Shown here one piece after another: positions 50,709 through 61,082 of a stretch of 64,000 nt of DNA. The DNA lies in contig JBHGNT010000011.1 in the NCBI GenBank assembly GCA_043228905.1, forward strand, positions 21,204,001 to 21,268,000, given 5' to 3'. The first letter of the stretch is position 1; every line of letters starts with the position of its first letter. The translations under genes were made by a program, and so were the position numbers. Under the pieces are notes generated by a model, which did not search any database, was not told the origin of the DNA, and was given only the letters and a program-made list of their open reading frames with translations. Source of the stretch: Azolla caroliniana. Taxonomy: Eukaryota > Plantae > Polypodiophyta.

Positions 50709-53700
50709 TGTTGGAAGCAATGTCGTCTGTGCGGAAGATCGAGAAGCACTCGATTCCTGTTTATTCCCTGTGTATGACAGAATGTAGGTCGTTGCACAGA
50801 GAGAGAGAGAGAGAGAGAGACACAAAAGTACTTCTTATTTCATAAAGCAACAATACAACAACCAACCTCACAAAGAGGTTACAAGGTCACTATATATAGT
50901 GACCGACTTAGGGCAACTACCCTTTATGCTAATTACATAAATGGCCGAGACGGGATGGTGTGAATACGTCCATTATACACATGTATTCGACACTCCCCCG
51001 TAATGGGCGTATACATGGGTTATCTAAGATTACAGGTATAGACTTAGGTTCTCGGACATATCAGCTTTGTTCGAGTCGGCAGGATCCGAAGACAGAAGAC
51101 CGAACTGGTCGGGTCGGAACAGTTGAAGCCGATCATTAAGGAGCTGATGTCGGTTGTCGGGAACCATCCTGCTCTGTGTCCGGCTCTAACCGGACTGGTT
51201 TGTCGTTACGCCCATCTGATGCCGAAGAGACCGAAAACGGTCTGCCGAGAGACATTTGGTCATTCCATCTGCGACATTATCGGTTGTAGATATTTTCTCT
51301 AGACCGATTTTCCCTGAAATGACGCAGTCCCGAACGAAGTGATATCGAACGTCGATATGTTTGGAGGCGTTGTGGTGAACCGGATTTTTCGACAAGGCAA
51401 CAGCACCTTGACTGTCGCTGTAGACAACTGGAGCCGAGTCATGTTCGACTTGTCGAAACGTGTGCGCCAGCCGACCGAGCCACAAAGCTTCTTTTGCCGC
51501 GTCGGACGCAGCTACATATTCTGCTTCGGTCGTTGAGGTCGCTGTGCACTCCTGAAGTTTCGACTTCCACGAGATTGCTCCATTGCCGAATTTGAAGCAG
51601 TATCCGGTTGTTGATTTCCGACTGTCTATACAGCCGGCGAAGTCCGAGTCGGTGTAACCGACTACGCCTGAGGTTCGGTTCGGTCCGAAAAGAATGCCAT
51701 GGTCTTTTGTGCCAACCAGATATCTGAACACATGCTTGACTGCGTTCCAATGCGATCGGCCAGGGTTGTGCATAAATCTGCTAACGACTCCTACGGCATG
51801 AGAGATATCAGGCCGTGTCGCGACCATCAGGTACATAAGTGATCCATCTCGAGCTGTGTTGGTGAAGAGACAATGGTCCTCATTGCTTTTGGAGAAGCCG
51901 ATTGATTGGATGAAGTCGTCGAACTTCTTGTACCATTGTCGCGGTGCCTGTTTGAGGCCGTATAGACTCTTCCTGAGTCGGCAGACTAGATGTTCTTGGC
52001 CAGTTGCCACGAAGCCTTTTGGCTGCTCCATATAAATTTCCTCCTCGAGATCACCATGGAGGAAGGCTGTTTTGACATCTAGCTGAATCAGCTCCAAGTT
52101 GTCGGCTGCCACGACGCCGAGCAGAAGACGAAGGGTTGTCATTTTCACCACTGGTGAAAAAATCTCGTCGAAGTCGACGCCATATTCTTGTCGGAAGCCC
52201 TTCGCAACTAATCTGGCCTTGTACTTTGGGGTGGTCGAATCAGACGTCTCTTTTAGTCGATAAACCCACTTGCAAGGAAGAGCACGTCGGTTCCTAGGTA
52301 ATTCGACCAGATCCCAAGTCTTGTTTGCCCGGATGGAGTGCATTTCCGACTCCATCGCCAGATGCCAGGTGGCCGAATCGACAGATGTCGATGCTTCTTC
52401 GTAAGACGTCGGTTCGCCGGCGTCGGTGAAGAAAATTCCAGGAGAATACCTCTCCGGAGGTTGCGACAGTCTCTCGGATCGTCGAGGTATGATTGGACTG
52501 GTCGCATCGGGTATCGTGGTCGGATGGTCCGAAACCGAATCATTCGGCTGTGCCGAGTCAGAGTTGTCCGAGTCGGTAGTATAAGGTTCAGCTACCCGTG
52601 AAGCTGACCGTGTGTTGAGAGCGGGGCCTTCTTGAAGGGTCGGCACATCGGAGAATGTTACCCTTCGGACTTCGATCGGTTTGTCGACCGATGGATTCAT
52701 AGCCGACTCGTTGAACACAACGTCCGAACTTCGAACGATTTGTCTGCGTTCGGGGTCCCAGAGTCGGTATCCCATTTCGCCGTCTGATCCATATCCAAGG
52801 AAAATGCATTTCCTGGACCGAGGTGCAAGTTTTCGGCGATCATCTTTCGGAATAAGGGCGTACGCCTCGCATCCGAAGATCCTCAGCTTGTCGTAATTCG
52901 GCTTGCTGCCGATCCATAATTCCTGAGGAATTTGAAGTCCTAGAGGTCTACTTGGCGACATATTGATTATGTGTACTGCCGTGAGTAGAGCCTCTGCCCA
53001 GAAGCCATCCGACAGTCCGGAGTGTTGGAGCATGGAAACTGTCCGTTCTTGGATTGTCCGATTCATTCGTTCTGCAATCCCGTTTTGCTCCGGACTGTGT
53101 GGTGCCGTAAGTTCACGTCGGATGCCGCGTTGTCGGCAGAATTTGACGAATTCTTCGGATTTAAACTCTCCCCCGTTGTCGGTTCGGCTTCGGAACTTGC
53201 TCGAATTGACTCCGGTAGCTTGAGGGACAGAACCGACTAGTCTTCCCGAATGTTGCCGAGTCGGAGTGAGCCCGGTTCGCTTCGGATATATGTGCCGAAT
53301 ACCGATTATTGAAACCGATTATCTGAACCGATTCTGCTTCGGGTGGCTGCAGCGACGAGAGAGACAGATCCAACTGATCCTCTCGAATGTCAATTAGCCG
53401 GATGAAGCACGAATTGGGGTTGTTGTCTTGAGACCGATCTGCACCGAGTGGTTACAACGAGCAGCGTTTGGAGACCTCTTCGGATGCCGTTTAACCGAAT
53501 GGAGCACGATCGTGTCAATGATGCACAAGGGGATTTCACCTCGAGCGGTTACGATCACAAGGAGGGAAGTACAACCTGCTGGCTTACTCCAAGCAAAGAT
53601 GATCTAACGCGATGAGATGCAAACCTGTTTTTCTTCTTCTTCTCTCTTCTTCGAATGACGCAGGAAACCGAATGCAGAGACGACGGCCGACAGCGGATTG

Positions 53701-54205
53701 AAGGACCGACTACTGTGCAGGCTCGGTTTTGGTTGACGAAGCTCGGTTCGGAGTTGACTGTGAACCTTGTTGGAGTGCAGCCGGTTGGCTCACCCGATAT
53801 CGTTCTAGTCGGATTTGAACCCGAGTCGGTTCGAGCACACCTCAATGAGTACGAAAGCATAAGCTCCCAAATCTCGTCACAGGGGACGGCAATCGAGGAT
53901 GAACTCAGAGCTTTGATACCAGATGTTGGAAGCAATGTCGTCTGTGCGGAAGATCGAGAAGCACTCGATTCCTGTTTATTCCCTGTGTATGACAGAATGT
54001 AGGTCGTTGCACAGAGAGAGAGAGAGAGAGAGACACAAAAGTACTTCTTATTTCATAAAGCAACAATACAACAACCAACCTCACAAAGAGGTTACAAGGT
54101 CACTATATATAGTGACCGACTTAGGGCAACTACCCTTTATGCTAATTACATAAATGGCCGAGACGGGATGGTGTGAATACGTCCATTATACACATGTATT
54201 CGACA
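50709..54205 (-). mobile_element. Rearranged, internally deleted copia C2 (C1 family)
   Basis: LTRs 50709-50992 and 53924-54205, TSD CGTGG/CGCGG; near-identical to C1 apart from two deletions and one insertion. Confidence 0.96.
51186..53066 (-). pseudogene. C2 residual 626-aa ORF (partial INT, RT lacking YVDD, RNase H)
   Basis: TARDGS joined in frame to LMYLMV; 116 codons missing versus C1. Confidence 0.93.
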
Positions 54206-54232
54206 CGCGGCCCCACGCCTTGGCAGCCCTCT

Positions 54233-56359
54233 CTAAAAATCCTCTCGGTTATCGGAACCGAGGGAGTCGCGGTTACGCTCGTGGTTCGGCCTAACCGTCA
54301 AAAACTGGACCGAATGGCGCCCGTCCTGGCTCTTGACCCGCGCATAGGCCGAACCGTTGTCCAGCACCTTGGTCTCCATTCGAGCCGCCGTGATGTACGG
54401 CTCTCCCAGTATGACGGGGTGCGATGACGACTCCTGCACGAAGAAGTGCTGGTCTATCTCGACATCGCCGATCTTGACCCGTACATTCGGGCAGGCCCCG
54501 TGAAGTTCCTCGGTGGCGCGCGTCGCCGCCCTTATCTTCCACCCGTGCTTGGTGTTGATCGGCCATTTGCCCTTCTTATAGAAGTCCATGGACATCAGGT
54601 TGATTTCCGATCCGTGGTCCACCAAAGCTACTACCGGTTCCTGGACATCGCCGATCTTTACCGGGGTTTCCGTGGTCGCTCGGGCCCAGTGTGGCCGCGA
54701 ATAGTGGCTCTCCGCCCACTCGTCTTTCAGCGCCATGTCGTCCAGGTGCGTCGTCCGCACCTCTACCGGTCTTTCCGGTTCTGTCTCCGTTGACAGCCTC
54801 TTCCGTTTCACCAAGTCCACGATGGAGTCGTGGAACTCCTTCTTGGCGATTCCCAGCACCTCCCGTAGCGACAACTCCACCTTGCTGTCGAGGATCCGTT
54901 CCTCCAGGACCTTTCGTAAGTCCGTGGTTCTTTCTATCTCCGTCCCCAGACGGTACCCGCCCTTCTGGGGTTTATCTTGCGTACCGGCCCCGCCGGCTTC
55001 GTCCCGTCGTGGCCCGGACCGGGTCTCGTATCGTTGTGAGGGCCCGGTCGTCCCGGGTTTCCCCACCCGCTTCTCTTCTACCAGAGCCTCGTAGTTCCGG
55101 CAAGCGGCTTCCACGAAGCCCGTCTTTTCCTCGACCGGGTCGCTCCACCCGGTCATCTCCCGTACCCGTTTCTCCGCACGGTCCGATTCCTCCCTTTTAA
55201 GCCCTGCACCGGCAAGGCCTCCCAGCATCGTCGGCCAGAATCCGGCTTTGCTTTCCTTTCGGGCCTCGCCGCCCCCGACTCGAATGCCGGCCGACGCCGA
55301 GTAGTGGACGGTTTCCGCGTGTCGGGCCGCCGCCTCTTCCATCAACCTTTTCATACCACCCTTTCCGTCGTTTCGGCTCAGGGCCCTTCGGGTGTCGCTG
55401 GCATGCACCCGTCCTTCCCACAGGTACACCACCCGGTCCCTCAGCGCCTCCGCGAAGTCGCCGCAGTCCTTCCTAACGTGGCCGACTTCATCGCACCACA
55501 TGCACCTGTTTCCTGCCGCCGGCCGTCGGTCACGAGCCGGTTCGCCTCCTTCCCTTCGGGCCTGCGCGATTTGGAGGTCCTTTATCGCCTTCGTCAATTC
55601 CTCCAGCGCCGCTCCTCCGGTTGAGCCTCTGACTACGCCGGTCGAAGCCGAACCGGTTTCCAACCACTCCCGGGTCTCTTCCTTGCGCACCTGTGGCGCT
55701 GGTTCGAGCTTCCTTGCTGCGACCGAGCCCGACCCAGTCGCTCTGTCATCCTCCCATTCTCGCCGTTTGTCGAAACGGCCGCAGGCTCTCTTGACCGCCG
55801 CCCAGTCGGCTGTCAGCCCGTCTTCGGTTTCTAGCAGGGCGCCCACGTGACTCCGATCCCTCTCGTCAACCGATTTGACGAACAGCAGGACCCGGCTTGT
55901 ATCCAGGACCATCCTGTCAAGCGCCGAAAGGCGCGCGAAGTTCTCCTCGAACTCCCGGAGGAGTGCCGACGCATTCCTTCCTTTCCCGGGAGACTCCACC
56001 CACTCCATGAAGCTTCGCTTCGAAAGCCGGAGCGCGTCGTCCAGTCCGTATTTCTCCAGGAGCCGACCTTCGAACTCCTCCCAGGTACGGCTCTCCGCCC
56101 GCACCTCGAGCACCTCCGCGTGAATGCTCGGCATCGCCACTCGGGGAAAACCGGCAAGACGCCTGTCTTCCGGAATGTCCCGCATTAACATTTCCGCACC
56201 GTAGGACGCCAGGTACTTCGTGGCATCTTTTCCGGTGAATCGACCGATCGTTCCGACGACCGCCTCAATAGCTCTATCGAGGGCGCCGGTGCCCTCGCGC
56301 GCGCTTACTATCCGATCCACGGCCGAAGCCATGGCCTCTGCAAGATCCGCCCCCTTCAT
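54233..56359 (-). CDS. gag: B Gag-protease (708 aa), intact
   Basis: ATG shortly after the PBS; CCHC knuckle; LVDHGSEIN. Confidence 0.94.
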   Translation of the reverse strand: MKGADLAEAMASAVDRIVSAREGTGALDRAIEAVVGTIGRFTGKDATKYLASYGAEMLMRDIPEDRRLAGFPRVAMPSIHAEVLEVRAESRTWEEFEGRLLEKYGLDDALRLSKRSFMEWVESPGKGRNASALLREFEENFARLSALDRMVLDTSRVLLFVKSVDERDRSHVGALLETEDGLTADWAAVKRACGRFDKRREWEDDRATGSGSVAARKLEPAPQVRKEETREWLETGSASTGVVRGSTGGAALEELTKAIKDLQIAQARREGGEPARDRRPAAGNRCMWCDEVGHVRKDCGDFAEALRDRVVYLWEGRVHASDTRRALSRNDGKGGMKRLMEEAAARHAETVHYSASAGIRVGGGEARKESKAGFWPTMLGGLAGAGLKREESDRAEKRVREMTGWSDPVEEKTGFVEAACRNYEALVEEKRVGKPGTTGPSQRYETRSGPRRDEAGGAGTQDKPQKGGYRLGTEIERTTDLRKVLEERILDSKVELSLREVLGIAKKEFHDSIVDLVKRKRLSTETEPERPVEVRTTHLDDMALKDEWAESHYSRPHWARATTETPVKIGDVQEPVVALVDHGSEINLMSMDFYKKGKWPINTKHGWKIRAATRATEELHGACPNVRVKIGDVEIDQHFFVQESSSHPVILGEPYITAARMETKVLDNGSAYARVKSQDGRHSVQFLTVRPNHERNRDSLGSDNREDF

Positions 56360-57122
56360 TTCCTACTTTTCTGCCGCCTCTTTCACGTCGGGTTCACCAA
56401 GATGTCGGGGTTTTTTACGCCCTTGCGTGTAGAAAGGAGGAGGGACCACGGGGGTCTCGAACCGAAGAGCAAGAGAGAGAGGAGTAAGAGAGAGAGACCC
56501 GATTACACAGGACCGAAGATCCGATTGCGCAGAACCGACGATTGCACAGGGACACGGCCCAACAAACAGAGATCACAAATAAACGCCGACGCAGATGGAC
56601 GCAACAACGAGAGATATGTACTTATGAATGCAAGAAAATAACAGACTAAAGTATTACAACCCACGGTGGGGCACAAAATAGATACTAACGGACGAACAGG
56701 GCGGCGAACAGCTGCCGACCCCTGTATGTCGCGACGCACAGAAAGGGAAAACAGGTCGGAGGTGCTGCAGGACGCACTCGGGGCGTTCCACGGAACAGCG
56801 CAAGCCTCCTCGAAACCTGCACAGGTACGCGATGGAGCAGAAGACAGAGAGAGCAGGAGTGAGAGAGAAGCTCCGAAATCGGTTCGGCAGCACTTTGTCC
56901 TCTCCGCGGGAGATGATCTACTTCTATTCTTCCTCTTCCTTTTATAGCCCGTCAAGAGGCCGTTTGGCATTAACTGCATACCAACCGAATCTGCCCACCT
57001 AGGATCCTCGTATGTACCTACTTCGTCCTTAGGTACTTCTTGGCGCGCGCGTGTGTGTAGAGCCGTTTCCCACGCCTTGTTCCTCCGATTCCTCTTGTGG
57101 GCGGTTTTCTTCACGACAACGT

Positions 57123-60100
57123 GTGATGCCCTAGGAATCCACGAGTGGGAGCCGTGTCCGTTCTGGTTGCGGATGGCCGATAGCGGCTGACAGGATTAAT
57201 ACGGAAATTAGAAGTCACCGTCGGCGGTCATACATTTTACATCTTGGCCGTAGTGCTACAATTACAGGCACAAGGCGCATACCCGCTATTGATGGGGCGG
57301 CCATGGTTGAAAACGGCACATATCAAACAGAATTGGCGGAAAAATATAATTACCTTCCGGCGAGGAAAAGCCAAGGTACGGGTACCAACATAGCCAAGGA
57401 CGAGCACTGGCAAGGAATGTACACCATTGTATGCGGAATGCGTCAACATGCTAGAAGGGTTAGCGGACGAAGAAGAAGCTCAGTACCTGCAAGAAAACCC
57501 GAAGATCATACCCCTCTTCGAAATTGACATTGCCGAAGCAGTAGCACCATACTTACCGCAACCGGAAGAGGCTGAAGCACAACCCGATAAAGACACAATC
57601 CGGGAGTTAAGGCAAGCGCAGGAAGCGTTGGAACGGGAAATGGCCGTTTCACAGCGCGTAAAAGCGTCGCAACTGGAAGAGGTGAACCTAGGGACCATGG
57701 ACGAAGCAAAACCGGTGCACATCGCCAAGGAGATGAAGGCCGAGGACAAAACGGCGATGATCACACTTCTCACGGAATTTCGCGATGTGTTCGCCTGGTC
57801 ATACGAAGATATGCGAGGACTCGACCCCTAGTTATACCAGCATCAGGTGCACTTGAGCAAGGACGCAAAACCAATGGCACAAAGACGGTACCAGATGAAT
57901 CCCAATTATGCCGCCAAAGTCAAGGAGGAAATCGACAAACTGCTAAGAGTTGGCTTTATCCGTCCGGTAAAGAAAGCGACATGGCTGAGCCCCATCGTAG
58001 TCGTACCGAAGAAGAACGGAAAAATTCGAGTTTGTGTGGACTACCGGAAACTCAATGCAGCTACGGTAACGGATGCGTTCCCACTTCCGTTCACAGATGG
58101 AGTGTTGGATGCCGTCGCCGGCCATGAGGTCTATAGTTTCCTAGACGGATTCAGCGGGTATAATCAGATCCGGATGCACCCCGACGACCAAGAGAAAACG
58201 GCTTTCGTCACCGAATGGGGGGTGTTTGTGGCCGTGGTGATGATGTTCGGACTCAAAACGGCACCGGCAACATTTCAACGAATCATCATGGAAATCTTCG
58301 GTGAATATATTCTGGCTTTTATGCAGGTTTTCCTTGACGATTTCGCCGTCTATAGCCGGGAGGAGGACCATTTTCAGCACCTCCGCCTTTGTCTTGAAAA
58401 GTGTAGAGCGTACCGGCTAAGCTTGAATCCGGCAAAATGTGTATTTAGCGTGTCCAGTGGAACTCTATTAGGACATATTGTGAGCCAAGAAGGTATTGTA
58501 GTCGACCCGGACAAAGTGAAAGCCATATTAGAAGCACCGGCGCCGGCACCGGCAAAGGCATTAAGCCGGTTCTTAGGCTAGATCCGGTGGCACAGCCGGA
58601 TGCTCCGATACTTGGCCGACCTGGCTACACCGTTGCATGCCGCCGTACATCGGACACCATTCCAGTGGACCGACACCGAGGATAGGGCGTATAGGGCCCT
58701 CAAGGTACTATTGTCACAGGCACCGGTAGTGCAGCCTCCGGATTGGAGTAAAGAATTTCACGTGTTCGTGGACGCCTCCGACATCGCAATCGGAAGCGTA
58801 CTTATGCAACTTACATAGCCAAAATGGTACCGGCCAGTGTACTATGCCAGCCGGAAGCTATCCCAAGCAGAACAGAACTACTCTACCACGGAACGAGAAG
58901 CTCTAGGGATGATCTACAGTGTGACAAAGTTTCGGCATTATTTATTGGGAAGGAAGTTTTCCTTCCATGTAGATCATTCGGCACTCCTTTACCTGGTGTC
59001 CAAAGCGTCACTCACCGGCAAATTGGCCCGGTGGACCTTATTGTTACAGGAGTTCGAGTTTGAAATATTCCACCGACCCGGTATACAGCATGCCGTGGCG
59101 GATTACTTAAGCCGATTAGAGTCCGGAGAGACGGGTGACGGAGTAGTGGATGAGTTTCTGGATGCGGGGCTGTTTCGAGTCACTACGGAGATGGCAACAG
59201 ATGAGACGGTGGCCCAGGAAGACAAGTGGCTCACAAATATGCACCAGTTTCTGAGCACAGGACTGCCTCCGGAGGAGATGAACCGGGACGAACGGAAACG
59301 CCTGGCAGTGCAAAGCCAACATTTTTGCTTACTGCAAGACACACTTTACCACAAGGGCGCGGACGGCATATGGAGACGGGCGGTGCGCAGCGATGAAAAG
59401 GAACTGATATTGAGGGAAGCCCACTGCGGAGTTGCCGGAGGTCACTATGCCGGAGATGCGACGACCAGGAAAATATGGCAAAGTGGCCTATGGTGGCCAA
59501 CGACATTAAGAGATGCGGTACGGTACACAAAAGAATGTGACCTATGCTAGAGAATGGGCCAGCCAACGGAGCAGGCTCGTATGCCACACCAGCCGGTACT
59601 ACCACTCGAGCCATTCCAGAAGTGGGGGCTGGACTTTGTAGGACCGTTCAAGCCACCGGCAATGAGAACGGGTAATCGGTACGTCATCGTTGCTACGGAT
59701 TATTGCACGAAATGGGTGGAGGCCAAAGCTTTAAGGGACAACACCGCTGTGTCAACGACGAAATTTCTATACGAGTACATCTGGTGCCGTTACAGATGCC
59801 CAATCGAATTAATAAGCGACCAAGGGGGGCACTTCCTTGGCCAAGTAGTCGAAAGCCTAACGACATTCTATGCCGTTGTCCACAAACGGAGCACACCTTA
59901 CTATCCACAGGCGAACGGTTTAGCGGAATCAACGAACAAGACGCTCTAGAATATCCTCCGGAAGATCGTCAACGAAAACCGAATGGATTGGGACACAAAG
60001 CTACATAGCGCGCTTTGGGCATACCGGACGGCATACAAGACGAGCATCCGAACAACACCGTTCCGGTTAGCGTTTCGACTAGAGGCGGTAATGCCGGTGG

Positions 60101-60615
60101 AATTCCAAGTACCCAGCTTACAGATCCAGCTACGGGAATGGCTGAACGAGAAGGAGTCGGAGGCAATACGGTTGACAGCGCTGTGTGAACTCGAGGAGCA
60201 ACGACTGGCCAGCATACTGCACTTAGAATTGGAGTAGCGGCGACGGAAAGCATTTGTCGACCGACACAGGAAAGGAAACGAAAAAATGTTTGCAATCGGC
60301 AAACCAGTGTTAGTATTTCAGACCCGGATGGGCAAGATGCCGGGTAAACTACGGTTTAGATGGACCGGACCGTATTGGCTAACACGGGAGTATAATGGGT
60401 CCTACCAGTTAGGGACACTTGCCGGCGAAGTGCTAGGCAAATGGGTCAACGGATTCCGGTTGAAGCCATATAGAGGACCGATGCCTAAGAACCCATTTGA
60501 GCAAAGGACTGACACCAGTGAGGGAAACGGCAACCACCAAGACGGCAGAGACGGCGAGCCGGTAACTGGGGAAAATGAGGCCGGTAAGGGTCCGAGAGGA
60601 CCAACGGACAAGTAA
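57123..60615 (+). pseudogene. pol: I protease end-RT-RNase H-integrase with many TAG stops
   Basis: CVDYRKLN, VFLDD, FVDASD, WGLDFVGP, WTGPY. Confidence 0.93.
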
Positions 60616-61082
60616 CGTCACACTAAATTAAATTATTATTATAAATAAATAAATAAATAAAACAATCATGCAAAAGCGAGGAATGAATGGATGAAAGAGC
60701 GAGGAGCGAAAAGGTACGTAGTGGGCATTTAAAGCGCCACCACAGGACATAATGCTATTTTAGTACACGACATGCACACACTCGAAAAAGGCGCCAGAAT
60801 GCACAGACAAAAACCACTGCGCTAGAGATCCTTTACTTTCGCGAACCTAGGAGCATAGAAGCACCAAGACGCTGCAAGATCATCAGACGAGAACCTGCGC
60901 ACAGAGAACTCCCGCCTTCTGAACTCTCTCTCTCTCAACCTCACTCTCATCACCATCCAACCTCGCCACCGCAATCCGACCTCGACATAGAAATGGACCC
61001 ACCCGCAAACGCTGTCGGAAGCCACCAATACATGGCTAAAGCAACACGGGCTTGAGGGCTTCTTGATGATGATGGAAGTACA

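Larger units (their letters stand above)
46455..57118 (-). mobile_element. Full-length TW gypsy element B (hosts C2)
   Basis: 716-bp LTRs 46455-47170 and 56403-57118 (1 difference noticed), TSD ACGT, Trp PBS, PPT. Confidence 0.97.
43653..61082 (+). mobile_element. Athila-like gypsy I (5' LTR ~43653-44087, PBS TGGCGACCAC 44095-44104); hosts B and C3; 3' LTR not in window
   Basis: TGTTA..TAACA LTR unlike that of G; gag-pol rejoins across B (ISFWTCDALGI). Confidence 0.85.

Noticed and set aside
51839-53186. C2 deletions as spliced introns
   Set aside because: Deleted segments lack GT-AG ends; the junctions show microhomology instead.
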